Assembly (NCBI GenBank): GCA_043767805.1
Contig: JAYUGC010000120.1
Coordinates: 1-27,673 of the forward strand
Direction: 5' to 3'
Length of the DNA: 27,673 nt
Source of the DNA: Pseudomonadota bacterium
GTDB taxonomy: Bacteria > Bdellovibrionota > FAC87 > UBA2466
Shown: positions 8,466 to 20,200 of the stretch, in pieces
Numbering within the stretch: position 1 is the stretch's first letter
How the letters are laid out: each line of letters opens with the position of its first letter
The notes under the pieces: model-generated
Told to the model about the DNA's origin: nothing
Databases searched by the model: none
The model's input: only the letters and a program-made list of their open reading frames with translations
Position numbers and translations under genes: made by a program

Positions 8466-9311
8466 TTACAGGACTACGTCTGTGTCCCGGACGATCCGAT
8501 CTTTGTCTCGCCGCACGGTGCTCGCCGCGCGGAAGGGATCGTGCACCCAGGCGAGAATCCAATTCTCGTCGGCGGCTCGATCCAAGATGCGGCGCTTCTC
8601 CTCCATCGTAGTCATGGGGTGCAAATCGTAGGCCATGACCCAAGGAATCGGGATGTGACTCGCGGTGGGAATCGTATCTCCACAAAAGAACACGGTGCCC
8701 TCGGGGCCGGAAATCTTTACGAGGAGCTGCCCCGGGGTGTGTCCTTCCGTCGCCCAAGCGGTGACACCCGGAGCGAGCTCATGATTATCGGAGATGGCTT
8801 TCAGCTTTCCGCTGTCGAGCACGGGCTTAATGGTGTGCTCGAGAAAGCTGGCCTTATCTTTCGGAGTCGGCGCGTGGGAATGGGCGAGATTACGCTCGTG
8901 CACGACGATAGTCGCTTTCGGAAAAGCGAGCTCGGACTTTCCAGGTCTCGCCCAGCGGGTGCAGCCTCCCACGTGATCGAAATGCAAATGGCTCACGACG
9001 ACGTCGGTGACGTCTTCGCGTTTGAGTCCCAAACCTTTGAGCGCCCAGTCGAGACCACGGCCCGTGTGATCGATGCCGAACATTTCAATCTGCCGATCGT
9101 CCCATTTATCGCCGATACCGGGATCGACCACGATCACGCGCCCCTGACCGCGGATGACGAGCCCGCGCAAGGCCATCTCGATGCGGTTCTTCACATCCGC
9201 GGGATTTTGTTTTTCCCAAAGCACTTTGGGCACCACGCCGAACATGGCGCCGCCGTCCAGGCGAAAGCGCCCCGTATCGAGTGAGCTCACTTCCCAAGGG
9301 CCAATCCTCAC
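8466..9311 (-). CDS. Metallo-beta-lactamase-fold hydrolase (YtnP-like)
   Basis: FRLDGGAMFGVVPKVLW, HLHFDH (HxHxDH), GHTPG, GD, MAYD and HDP motifs. Confidence 0.93.
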   Translation of the reverse strand: MRIGPWEVSSLDTGRFRLDGGAMFGVVPKVLWEKQNPADVKNRIEMALRGLVIRGQGRVIVVDPGIGDKWDDRQIEMFGIDHTGRGLDWALKGLGLKREDVTDVVVSHLHFDHVGGCTRWARPGKSELAFPKATIVVHERNLAHSHAPTPKDKASFLEHTIKPVLDSGKLKAISDNHELAPGVTAWATEGHTPGQLLVKISGPEGTVFFCGDTIPTASHIPIPWVMAYDLHPMTTMEEKRRILDRAADENWILAWVHDPFRAASTVRRDKDRIVRDTDVVL

Positions 9312-9313
9312 GG

Positions 9314-10738
9314 TCAGCCTCCGCCCTCGACGCCGGAAGAAGCGCCGGGCTTGGTCATCTTCGCGGGATCGAGAATGGCATCGAGTTTCGCCGCGCTCAA
9401 AGTGGGAGCGGCGGCCGGGGCAAGTTCCCGGATAGTTTTATTTTGGGCGTGCGCTTTCTTCGCGAGCTCCGCCGCTTTGTCGTAGCCGATGACGGGAGCG
9501 AGCGCCGTTACCATCATGAGGCTGCGATCGACGATTTCACGAAGGCGCTTTTCGTTCGCCTCGATGCCGGAGACACATTTCTCGTCGAAACCTCGGACGG
9601 AATTCGTCAGCAAATGAATGGAAGCGAGCAGATTGTGCGCGATGAGAGGCATCATCACGTTCAGCTCGAAGTTACCGCCCGCGCCGCCCCAGGTAATGGC
9701 CGCGTCGTTACCGACGACCTGCGCGCACACCTGAATGAGAGACTCGGCCATCACGGGATTCACTTTACCGGGCATGATGGAGCTACCGGGCTGAGTCTCG
9801 GGCAACTGAATCTCTCCGAGACCGCAGCGAGGACCGGAGGCGAGCCAGCGGATGTCGTTGGCAATTTTGTGCAGCGAGACCGCGACGGTCTTCAAAGCGC
9901 CCGACATTTCCACACACGCGTCTTTCGCGCCTTGCGCTTCGAAATGGTTTTCGGCTTCCCGAAATGGCAAACCAAGACGTTGCGCCATGAGACGCGCGAC
10001 TCGCGGACCAAATTCCTTGTCGGTATTGATACCGGTACCGACCGCCGTTCCGCCCAAGGCCAGTTCGTAAATACCGCCTAGAGCCCTATCGAGCCGCTCG
10101 GCGCCTTTTTTGATTTGCGTCGCGTACCCGGAAAATTCCTGGCCCAAACGAATGGGAGTCGCGTCCATGAGATGCGTCCGTCCGACTTTGACGAAATCGC
10201 GGAACTCTTTGGCCTTGCGGTTCAAAGTCGCGTGCAAATCCTGGAGCGCGGGAATGAGACCTTCCTTCACCGAAACGCCGACCGCGAGATGAATGGCGGT
10301 CGGAATGACGTCGTTGGAGGATTGCCCGAGGTTCACGTGATCGTTTGGATGAACCGGCTTTTTCGACCCGACCTCGGAGCCCAAGGCCAGGTTCGCGACG
10401 TTGGCCGCGACCTCGTTGAAATTCATATTGGTGCTCGTGCCCGAGCCGGTCTGAAAGATATCGAGCACGAAGTGCTCGTCGTACTTGCCCTCGGCGATGG
10501 CGTCCGACGCCTTGATGATGGCGGCGGCGAGCTTCGAATCGAGCTTGCCGAGCTTTTGGTTCACCTGGGCGGAGGCCGCTTTGAGGAGCCCCAAAACCCG
10601 GATGAACTCCCGGGGGAAGCGCCAGCCGCTCACCGGAAAGTTGTTCACGGCCCTTTGGGTGCTGGCTCCGTAGAGCAAATGGGCGGGGATTTTCATCTCC
10701 CCCATGGAATCTTTTTCTACACGATAATCCCGGGCCAT
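9314..10738 (-). CDS. fumC: Class II fumarate hydratase
   Basis: EKDSMG, QTGSGTSTNMN, VHPNDHVN.GQSSND, GRTHLMDATP and the GSSIMPGKVNP signature. An AGGAG SD precedes ATG 10738. Confidence 0.95.
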   Translation of the reverse strand: MARDYRVEKDSMGEMKIPAHLLYGASTQRAVNNFPVSGWRFPREFIRVLGLLKAASAQVNQKLGKLDSKLAAAIIKASDAIAEGKYDEHFVLDIFQTGSGTSTNMNFNEVAANVANLALGSEVGSKKPVHPNDHVNLGQSSNDVIPTAIHLAVGVSVKEGLIPALQDLHATLNRKAKEFRDFVKVGRTHLMDATPIRLGQEFSGYATQIKKGAERLDRALGGIYELALGGTAVGTGINTDKEFGPRVARLMAQRLGLPFREAENHFEAQGAKDACVEMSGALKTVAVSLHKIANDIRWLASGPRCGLGEIQLPETQPGSSIMPGKVNPVMAESLIQVCAQVVGNDAAITWGGAGGNFELNVMMPLIAHNLLASIHLLTNSVRGFDEKCVSGIEANEKRLREIVDRSLMMVTALAPVIGYDKAAELAKKAHAQNKTIRELAPAAAPTLSAAKLDAILDPAKMTKPGASSGVEGGG

Positions 10739-10772
10739 GGTGGCATCTCCTGGGGCGGTTCGCCAAGCCCTA

Positions 10773-10867
10773 ACGATAGCGCCCACCCCAAGTGATTTCA
10801 AGGAGTTCACCCCTCCCTGGGACGGCGCGACTCACACATTGAAATCGATAGCCCCGGCGGGTATGGT
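10773..10867. promoter_or_regulatory. Back-to-back divergent promoters: TTGAAA-17-TATCGT (minus, fumC) and TTGAAA-17-TATGGT (plus, ltaE)
   Basis: Inverted TTGAAATC copies at 10794-10801 and 10839-10846, each with a -10-like hexamer 17 nt downstream. Confidence 0.55.
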
Positions 10868-10876
10868 TTCCCCCTC

Positions 10877-11920
10877 ATGTTTCGTGGGATCGATTTTTTC
10901 AGCGACACCGTGACACGCCCCTCCATGGCCATGCGCCAAGCCATGGCCGACGCGGAAGTCGGCGACGAGCAGCTCGGCGAAGATCCGACGACGATTCGCC
11001 TCCAGGAAACCGCGGCGGAGCTTCTCGGAAAGTCCGCGGCCCTCTTCTTTCCCACGGCCACCATGGCCAACCAATCGGCCCTGCGCACTTTGACCGAGCC
11101 CGGCGACGAGCTCATTGCCGCCGAAAACTGCCATCTTTTCGATGCGGAAGCGGGCGGGCCGGCCATTCACTCCCAGCTTTTAACTCGGCCCGTTCGTACG
11201 GCCACGGGCATTTTCACGGGCGAGGACGTGCGCCACCACTACATCTGGGGACGCGGCCCGCACAGCACAACGACGAAGCTGGTCAGCATCGAAAATACGG
11301 CGAACATGGGAGGCGGCATCGCCTGGACGCGCTCGGAGCTCGCCTCCGTCGTGAACGCCGCGAAAGCCCTCAATTTGAAAATGCACTTGGACGGCGCTCG
11401 CTTTTTCAACGCCGTGGTGCAATCGGGAATGAAGCCGTCGGAACTCGCCGCGCCCTTTGATACGATTACGCTTTGCCTTTCCAAAGGCCTCGGCTGCCCC
11501 ATGGGCGCCCTGCTCATTTTCGATAAGTCCCAGTTCGACCGAGTCCGCCGCTTGAAGCAGCTTTTCGGCGGCGCTCTTAGGCAGAGCGGCATACTCGCCG
11601 CGGCTGGAATCTACGCTTTGGACAACAACATCAACCGGCTCGAAGAGGATCACCGGCACGCCGCCCTCCTCGCCCGTGGGATTTCCACCCTCAAGGGCAT
11701 TCACGTGGAAAACCCGGAGCCCTCGACCAATATGGTGTTTTTCCGCTGGCGGAGCGACAAGCTCACGCCCGACGATTTCGACCGGGCCTGCCAAGCACGC
11801 GGGATTCGCTTCTCCCACGTGGGACCCGATCGGTTCCGGGCCGTCACCCACCTCGACATCAAGCCGGGTGACATCGATAGCGCCCTAAGTGTTCTCAACG
11901 AAGTTTGTGCGGCGGGATGA
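10877..11920 (+). CDS. ltaE: Low-specificity L-threonine aldolase (PLP-dependent)
   Basis: SDTVTRPS, VGDEQLGEDPT, IENT.N.GGG, HLDGAR, CLSKGLG (PLP lysine), GGALRQSG and RAVTHLD motifs. Confidence 0.93.
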   Translation: MFRGIDFFSDTVTRPSMAMRQAMADAEVGDEQLGEDPTTIRLQETAAELLGKSAALFFPTATMANQSALRTLTEPGDELIAAENCHLFDAEAGGPAIHSQLLTRPVRTATGIFTGEDVRHHYIWGRGPHSTTTKLVSIENTANMGGGIAWTRSELASVVNAAKALNLKMHLDGARFFNAVVQSGMKPSELAAPFDTITLCLSKGLGCPMGALLIFDKSQFDRVRRLKQLFGGALRQSGILAAAGIYALDNNINRLEEDHRHAALLARGISTLKGIHVENPEPSTNMVFFRWRSDKLTPDDFDRACQARGIRFSHVGPDRFRAVTHLDIKPGDIDSALSVLNEVCAAG

Positions 11921-11921
11921 A

Positions 11922-12596
11922 ATGGAACAAGAGAAGAAAAATCGCCTAAAAGAAATACTACCGGTCATCTACCTCGTGGTGGGCTTACTCGCCTTGAGAT
12001 GGACCGTGGTCGAGCCTTACGTGGTGCCCACCGGCTCCATGGAGCCGACCCTCAAAACGGGCGACCGGCTTTACGCCTTGAAGTCCGCATACGAAATCCG
12101 CTTTCCCTTCACGGATTTCACTTTGCTGAAAATTTCAGACGTGAAGCGCGGCGACGTCATTCTCTTCAAAGCCCCCCGCGATCCGGGCATCACCTACGTG
12201 AAACGCGCCATCGGCCTTCCGGGCGATCACATCGAGTTCCGCTCCGGCGCCCTTTGGGTGAACGGCAAGGAGATGGTGAAAGCTCCCGCGAAAGACAACG
12301 ACATCATGTCGGACATCCCGCGCCACGGGGAGAAGACGCTTTATCTCGAAGATCTCACGGGCGTGCTCCACTACGTGATTCTCGATAACTACATTCCACA
12401 GAACCGTGACATGGAAGAGATCGTGGTCCCGCCGGGTCATCTCTTTGCCATCGGCGACAACCGCGACAATAGCCATGACAGCCGCGCCTGGGGTTTCGTG
12501 CCCATGGAAAATTTGAAGGGCAAGGCCATGTTCATTTGGTTCTCCAGCCGCGACTACGTTCCGCGCAACGAACGCGTCGGCACTCTGATTCACTAG
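11922..12596 (+). CDS. lepB: Signal peptidase I
   Basis: One TM helix, PTGSMEPTL (catalytic Ser), [11 protein letters not shown] (catalytic Lys), [16 protein letters not shown] 11922 follows the ltaE stop. Confidence 0.95.
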   Translation: MEQEKKNRLKEILPVIYLVVGLLALRWTVVEPYVVPTGSMEPTLKTGDRLYALKSAYEIRFPFTDFTLLKISDVKRGDVILFKAPRDPGITYVKRAIGLPGDHIEFRSGALWVNGKEMVKAPAKDNDIMSDIPRHGEKTLYLEDLTGVLHYVILDNYIPQNRDMEEIVVPPGHLFAIGDNRDNSHDSRAWGFVPMENLKGKAMFIWFSSRDYVPRNERVGTLIH

Positions 12597-12603
12597 AAGT
12601 CCC

Positions 12604-14220
12604 ATGAGCGAATTTCAGTACCAGCCCATTTTCGAGAGCACCGAGGACAAGACTCAGTACCGTAAGCTCCCCATTTCCGGCGTGGACGTGAAGTCTCTGG
12701 GCGGCGTGGAGTTTCTTTCGGTGCCGCCCGAAGCGATTACCAAGCTTTGCGCGGAAGCGTTCGACGACGTCTCGCATTTACTTCGGCCGAGCCACTTGGA
12801 AAAGCTAGGTAAAATCCTGAAAGACCCCGAGGCGAGCGACAACGATCGCTTCGTCGCGAGAGAGCTTTTAAAGAACTCCGTCATCGCGGCCGACCGCGTG
12901 TACCCGACCTGTCAGGACACCGGCACGGCGCTCGTCATGGGAAAAAAAGGTGAGCGCGTTTTGACCGGCATCAACGACGCCGAAGCTTTGTGCCGCGGGA
13001 TTTTCGATACCTATCAAAAGCGCAATTTACGTTATTCCCAGCTCGCGCCGCTTTCCACCTACGAAGAGAAGAACACGGGCAGCAATCTTCCGGCGCAAGT
13101 CGAGATCTACGCCGAGCCCGGCATGAAGTACGAGTTTCTCTTCATCGCCAAAGGCGGCGGAAGCGCGAATAAGAGTTACATTTTCCAGAAGACGAAGTCG
13201 GTGTTGAACCCGGCCTCCATGGAAACGTTTATCAAAGAAGTCATCGTGTCCCTCGGCACGGCGGCTTGCCCGCCCTATCACTTGGCGCTGGTCATCGGCG
13301 GCACTTCGGCAGAGATGGTTTTAAAGACCGTGAAGCTCGCAAGCTGCGGCTACTACGACGGACTGGTTACTTCGGGCAACGCTCAAGGCCGCGGCTTCCG
13401 CGACTTGGAGATGGAAGCCCTCGTCGAAAAGTGGGCGCGGGAAACCAAAATCGGCGCGCAGTTCGGCGGTAAGTATTTCGTCCATGACGTGCGGGTCATT
13501 CGGCTTCCTCGCCACGGCGCGAGCTGCCCCATCGGCGTCGGCGTCTCTTGCTCGGCCGATCGGCAAATCAAAGGCAAGATTACCAAGGACGGCGTATTCC
13601 TCGAACAGCTCGAGACTGCTCCGGCGCGCTGGCTCCCGCACGCGGAAGACGAAGCGGGCAAAGCCGTCTCCATCGATTTGAACCGCCCCATGGCGGAGAT
13701 TTTGAAAACCCTCGATAAACTTCCCGTCGCGACTCGCGTGATGCTGAACGGTCCCTTGATCGTCGCGCGCGATATCGCCCACGCGAAGCTCCTCGAGCGG
13801 ATGCAATCCGGCAAAGGTTTGCCCGACTACTTCAAGCAGTTCCCGGTGTACTACGCGGGCCCCGCGAAAACACCTCAGGGACATGCCTCGGGTAGCTTTG
13901 GTCCGACCACGTCTCAGCGTATGGATCCTTATGTTCCCCTCTTCCAAAAGGAAGGCGCTTCGCTCGTCATGCTCGGCAAAGGCAATCGTACCCGCGAAGT
14001 AACGGAATCCTGCAAGATGAATGGCGGCTTCTACTTGGGCTCCATCGGCGGTCCTGCGGCGGTACTTGGGCGCGACTGCATCACCAAAGTGGAAGTCCAG
14101 GAGTACAAAGAGCTCGGCATGGAAGCCGTCTGGAAAATCGAAGTGAAAGATTTCCCGGCCTTCATCATCACCGACAACAAGGGCAACGACTTCTTCGGCG
14201 GCCGCGGCGGCGAGGAATAG
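12604..14220 (+). CDS. fumA: Class I (Fe-S) fumarate hydratase, FumA/FumB type
   Basis: [53 protein letters not shown] and GPTTSQRM motifs. The fumA versus fumB assignment cannot be resolved from sequence. Confidence 0.95.
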   Translation: MSEFQYQPIFESTEDKTQYRKLPISGVDVKSLGGVEFLSVPPEAITKLCAEAFDDVSHLLRPSHLEKLGKILKDPEASDNDRFVARELLKNSVIAADRVYPTCQDTGTALVMGKKGERVLTGINDAEALCRGIFDTYQKRNLRYSQLAPLSTYEEKNTGSNLPAQVEIYAEPGMKYEFLFIAKGGGSANKSYIFQKTKSVLNPASMETFIKEVIVSLGTAACPPYHLALVIGGTSAEMVLKTVKLASCGYYDGLVTSGNAQGRGFRDLEMEALVEKWARETKIGAQFGGKYFVHDVRVIRLPRHGASCPIGVGVSCSADRQIKGKITKDGVFLEQLETAPARWLPHAEDEAGKAVSIDLNRPMAEILKTLDKLPVATRVMLNGPLIVARDIAHAKLLERMQSGKGLPDYFKQFPVYYAGPAKTPQGHASGSFGPTTSQRMDPYVPLFQKEGASLVMLGKGNRTREVTESCKMNGGFYLGSIGGPAAVLGRDCITKVEVQEYKELGMEAVWKIEVKDFPAFIITDNKGNDFFGGRGGEE

Positions 14221-14230
14221 TCCTTAGAGG

Positions 14231-17200
14231 CTAGGGCGGTTGAATGCGATCGCCCGTGCTGGCGGTGCTTCCCGCACTGTGGTAATTCCTCGGGCCTCCC
14301 CAGAAGATGGCCCAACCGGCCCCGTAGACCGCGGAACTGGCCCCCGTCCGCCCCAACAATCCGGAACCGACCGGTACAGTGGTCCAAGTGTTCGTGGCTT
14401 GAGCGTAAATTGAGCCAGTGTTTAAGAAAGTACCCGATACGCCATCTGAGCCACCCCATATGAAAGATCGCGCACCCACCGCTAAGCCAATCGCACCAGA
14501 TCGGGCTGAGGGGGCATTCGTCGAAGAAATGGCATTCCACGCGTCCGTCGCCGGGTTATATATTTTCCCATCGTTGAGAACGGTTCCACTACCTTGACCG
14601 CCCCAAATTAGCAGACGCGCATTGGCCCAAATTCCAACGTGATAGACTCGGGCTGTCGGGGCTCCCGTGGTAGTAATGGCGGTCCAGGTGTTCGTCGCGG
14701 GATCGTATTTACCGCCGGTATTTAGATACGTGTCGGCGTACCCGCCCCAAATAAGCATAACGGAACCGGTCCAAACAGCGGTGTGATACATTCTGGCCGC
14801 AGGCGCTCCTGTCGTCGACATAACGGACCATTGATTGGTGGTAGGATCAAATAAGGCGCCCGTATTTACGAGAGTCATTGATCCGGGTCCGACCATTTCG
14901 TACCCGCCCCAAATCAGAACCTTTGACCCCGTCCATTTCATGGGGACGCCATACCAATGAGTCCACTTTGCCGCCGGCACGTTGGCCCCTACGGAAGTCG
15001 CAGTCCAAGTGTCGGTAGCCAAATCATAAATCCCGCCAGTGTTCAGATAAGTATCCGTGGTCCTATTGAAGCCTCCCCAGACAACCATCTTGGTGCCCGT
15101 CCAGACGGCTCCGTGCCAGGCCCGTGCCGAAGCAGCGTTTGTCGTGGAAATGGACGTCCAGGAATCGGTAACGGGGCTGTAGAGTCCTCCCGTGTTAGTG
15201 GGAGTGTTACCCGAGCCGACATCATAAGTCGTATTTCCGCCCCAGACTAACATTCTAGACCCGGTCCAAACGGCGGTATGTCCCATCCATCCGCTAGGCG
15301 CGGAAGTGGTTGAAGTAGTGAACCAGTCTCCCGGACTAAAATAGGTGAAGGCATTCTTCGAGCCCGACTGAGCATCGGTATTAGTAACGACGACCGAGAC
15401 TATACCTGAAGCTGCGGCTGACGGTGTGGTGCACGTAAGGGACGTCGCGGAGACGACCGTACGATTGGTGCAAGCCGCTCCTCCAAAAGTTGCCGTGGCC
15501 CCAGTGAGAAATCCAGTTCCCGTGATGGTTACGGCAGTGCCTCCCGCGACGGATCCGGAAGTAGGAGCTACCGAGCTTACCTTGGGTGCCGCACCATAGG
15601 TGTAAGTTGTTGCAGTGCCGGCTCCCATAGGACTGAGGGCATATACGCTCACGACTCCCGATCCCGAAGGCGTCGTACAAGTGATGCTCGTGTCGGACAC
15701 GACGACGAGAGAAGTACAAACGTACTGCCCAAATGAGCCGCCGGAAGGAACAAATTCGACGGAAGTTACTCCCGTGAAATTCACGCCAGTAACGGTTACG
15801 GGAGTGCCACCCGCTAAAGCTCCCCCGGTGGGACTTATGCTCGTCGCTACAGGGGTTCCCCTGTAGGTAAAGCCATTGGTGAGAGTCCCGGTACCTCCGC
15901 TTGTCGTGACGGCCACATTGACCAGACCGACGGCACGAGCGCCCGTAATGCAGGTCATACTTGTCGAACTTACCACCGTGGGCGAAGTGCAGGTGACTCC
16001 GCCGATCGAAACCGTGGCCCCTGTGACGAAACCCGTCCCGGCAATTGTGACCATGGTCCCACCGTTACTATGACCCACGGTGGGAGTGATGCTGGTTACT
16101 GTGGGAGTGGGATAGGCGTAGGTAAACACGTTGCCCGAGCCCGACTGTCCGTCAGGGTTCGTAATCACAATGGAAACTAGGCCTGCCGCATGACTTGGGA
16201 TTAGCGAACATACGAACGTCGTCGAATTCGATACACTGCCGTAAACGCAAGCGTTACCTCCGATAGTGACCGTAGCCCCGGCGATAAAGCCCGTTCCGGT
16301 AATCGTCACGTCAGGGACCGAGTATCCCCCGTCGGGACTTCCCGAAGCAGGTGAAGCAGAACCAACCGTGGGTGCGGCACGGAAGGTATATCCGTTGGTG
16401 AGGGTTCCAGAGCCGGTGGCGGTTACCACCACGTTCACAGCCCCGGACCCAGCCGGTGTAGTACAGGTAATACTGGTGTTAGAGACAACGGTGAAAGCAG
16501 TACAGGCAGCTCCTCCAAAAGTTGCGCCGGATCCACCTGTAAAATTAGTACCGGTGATGGTAACGACCGTTCCTCCCGCGAGCGGGCCACCGTTCGGACT
16601 GACTGAAGTGACCGCCGGAGCAGCCTGATAAGTATAGCCATTGGTGAGCGTCCCGGTTCCGCCAGACGTGGTTACCGCCACATCTACCGCTCCCGCGCCA
16701 TGGGCGCCCGTGGTACAGGTGATGCGCGTCGGGAGCACCACCGTCGGAGAAGTGCAAGTTACTCCGCCAATGGCTACGGTCGCGCCCGAAATAAAGCCCG
16801 TTCCGGTAATCGTAACGGGGGTGCCCCCTGCCGCCGCTCCTCCCGCCGGGGCAATGGCGGTTACCGTGGGAACAGGGTTCGTGAAAGTATAAGCCGTAGC
16901 CGACCCCGACTGGCCTTCAGGGTTTGTAACGACGACAGAAACGGCTCCCGCCGCGTGCGTGGGAGTGGTGCAGGTAATGGTTGTCGCCGAGGTCACCACG
17001 GGTGAAGTGCAAGCAGAGCCGCCAAAGGTTACCGTGGCGCCCGTTATGAATCCGGTGCCGGTAACAGTAACTCCCACGCCTCCGTCCACCGTACCTGACG
17101 ACGCATTAACAGAAGTGACCGTGGGCGCGGGTCGGTAAGTGAACCCCGTCGAAAGAGTTCCCAAGCCGGTAGCGCTCACATAGACAGTAACCGCTCCCGA

Positions 17201-20200
17201 ACCAGCGGGAGTGGTGCAGGTGATGCTCGTATCCGAGACAGCGGTGAACGCGGTGCACGCCGATGCCCCGAAGCTAGCACTCGTAGCTCCCGTGAAGTTC
17301 ACTCCAGTAATAGTGACCGGGGTACCACCCGCGACGGGACCAACGTTTGGAGTCACGAAGGAAATGGAGGGAGCTTCTCGGTAGGTGTAGCCATTAGTGA
17401 GAGTTCCCGTACCTCCACTCGTCGTAGCGGTGACGTTCACGAGACCCGCGGCGTGAGCGCCCGTCACGCAAGTTAAACTAGTCGTAGATACGACGACGAC
17501 CGAGCTACAGTTTACTCCATCCACGGAGGCGGTTGTCCCGGTGATAAAACCAGTTCCTGTTAAGGTGACGGCCGTAGCGCCCGAAGTGCTACCCGAAGTT
17601 GGGGATATCGCGGTAACCGTCGGAGTGACGTTGTTGAAAGTATAGGCCGTAGCGGACCCTGACTGGTTGTCGGGGTTGGTAACGACGACGGAAACGGCGC
17701 CGGCGGCATGACTCGGTGTCGTGCACGTCATGGTGGTGGCGTTGGAAACATTGGGCGAAGTGCAGGTTGAGCCACCAAACGTAGCGGTAGCTCCCGTTAC
17801 AAATCCGGTGCCCGTGATGGTGACGCTAGCTCCTCCTACGACGCTGCCCGAGCTTAGGTTCACTGAGCTCACGGTCGGCGCCGCGCGGTAGGTGAAACCG
17901 CTCGTCAGCGTGCCTGTTTGGCTAACGGAAGTAACCACCACGTCCACGGCGCCGGAAGCATGAGCTCCGGTGGTGCAGGAGATTTGAGTCGTGGAGTTGA
18001 CCGTTAGCGTGCCGCAGTCAACTCCGCCGATGGCGACGGTCGCCGTACTATGAAAATTGGTCCCGCGAATCACTACCGCGGTTCCTCCGGCTGTTGGTCC
18101 TCCGTTGGGAGTGATGGTGCTAACCGTCGGGGCGGCGAAGTAGGTATAGGCACCACTTCCCAGGGAGCCAACTCCTAAATCCGGATTGGTGACGGATACC
18201 GCTACCGGACCTGGTGAACCGGCCGGAACCACGCAAGTCAATGTGGTCGCACTCGAAAAAACGACTGAGCCGCAGGTAATGGCACCGAACTTGATGGTGG
18301 CTCCATCCACGAAGCCTGTTCCGGTAATAGTCGCCGTTGCGCCGCCCGCAATGGGTCCAAAACTCGCGGAGACATTTGTCACCGTGGGCGGCGTCACATA
18401 AGTAAAACCGTTTGTCAGAGTGGCGCTCGTGGCATCGGGGTTGGTCAACACGACGTTCACGGCGCCCGCGGCGTGAGCCGGGGTCGAACAGGTCAATGCG
18501 GTGCTACTCCCGATGGCCAGTCCCGTGCAGGACGAACCACCGATGGCCACCGTAGTTTGAAAGTTAAAGTTCGTGCCGACGATAGTCACGGGAGTTCCGC
18601 CTGCCGTGGTTCCGGCGGTCGGCGTAATCGATGTGATGGTAATAGTCGGAAGGTAAGTAAACCCGTTTTTAAGTGTTCCCGATTCAGTACCGACAGTGAC
18701 GACCGCATCGACGGTTCCCGCCGCATGAGCGCCGGTAGTGCACGTCACTTGGGTCGAGCTCGAAAAGACCAGGGAACCGCAAGCCACGCCTCCAAGAGAC
18801 ACCGATGTCGATCCGTTTACGAAACCCGTTCCCGTAACGGTAACCGGAGTGCCCCCCAAGGCCGAGCCGAGGCTCGGCGAAATCGCCGTCACAGAGGGTG
18901 AGACGGCAAAGGCGCCAGTAGTCGCATCGATCTTGACGGTAAGGCCGCCCGAAAAGGTAGCGTTGTTACTTCTCCCGACGCCATAGAGATACGTCGTGCC
19001 GCCGAAGTATGAGTAGGCGTTGAGGACGTCATCGTAAGAACCCATTACGGAGGTGGATGAAATTCCCGAGGTTCCGAAGGCTCCGACGAGTGCGCCGGCG
19101 GAGGTAACCTTCGCGGCCATCGGATCGTAGTTGGATCCGTTATAAACCGTACCAACCATGTGAATGCTAGTGCCAGTCGCCGGTTTCAATACGGAGTTTA
19201 AAATACAGTCATTTACGGGCGTGGCTCCCCCTTGAGAAAAAATCGAGATTCCTTTGCTCCCGACTCCGCCGGAAATGGGAACGACGCCAAAGGAGGTATC
19301 CAGATTTCCCGTCGCAATGACGTGGGCGGTAATGGTGCAGTTCCAAGGCGGGGTGGAGCTATTAATCCGATTACTTCCCACGGTCAGCACTTGAGTGCCG
19401 TTGACGGCGATACTCGTGGTGATGGAATCCGTTCCGCCGCCAGCCTGAACCATGTCGACCGGATTACCCCAAGGAGCTGCGGAGAGGGTGAGGTTTGCCG
19501 TGGCGAATTTATGAACATAAAAATTATGCACGGGCCGCGCGGTAAGCGTGACAGTACCGTTGGCCGTCGCCGCGCTTGAAATGGTTACCGTGGTTCCCGT
19601 GACGGAGGCGATGGTGGCATTGGCGGGAATACCGGTGCCGGAGATGGCTTCACCCACATAGAGAGAGCTAGTACTGGAGACTGACGTAATGGAAGTCGAA
19701 GAGGTAGCCGTCGTGCCGGTAAAAGTTACGGCGGAGACAATGGGATTGTCCGTGCTAGCTACGTAGTAAAAATTGTTGGTCGAATCGAAATCGATGGCCG
19801 TCGCGGTACCAAATATGGTTTTGGAGACGACGAGACTGGTGCCCGCCGTCGTTGCCGTTGCGTTGTTGGAAATAGTCAGGGTCGAGCCCACCACGGCGGT
19901 GATGACAGTATCCGCGGGGATGCCTTTACCCGTAATGAGCTGGCCGGGGCTTACGCTCGCCGTGCTGGACGCATTCAAAATGGAGTTAGTTCCGCTCGAG
20001 GTATCGCCCGTGATCGTGTTCGTTGCTTGAATGCCGTTCAGAATGGTATGAGCGGCCGTGAGGGACACCGTGGTGCCGGTAGCCGTGGCCGCATTAGAGA
20101 GGGTCACGGTCGCGCCGGAAATCGCGGTAATAGTGGTTCTGGCCGGAATCCCCGTTCCGGTAACAACTCTTCCGACTTCAAGATTTGTAGTGCTTGAGAC

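Noticed and set aside
6573..10810. N-terminally extended versions in the ORF track (6573 membrane protein, 8757 USP, 10810 fumC; also 4682, 11889, 21087, 22939, 23031)
   Set aside because: The extensions overlap neighbouring genes or promoters. The downstream starts have SD motifs, coupling overlaps or family-consistent N-termini.
14231..15337. Possible diversity-generating retroelement target at the giant protein's C-terminus
   Set aside because: No reverse transcriptase and no template repeat differing only at adenines were seen in the window.
15338..18901. Repetitive DNA as a CRISPR array or non-coding tandem repeat
   Set aside because: The repeats are degenerate, in frame and explained by IPT protein domains. 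There are no identical repeats with unique spacers.
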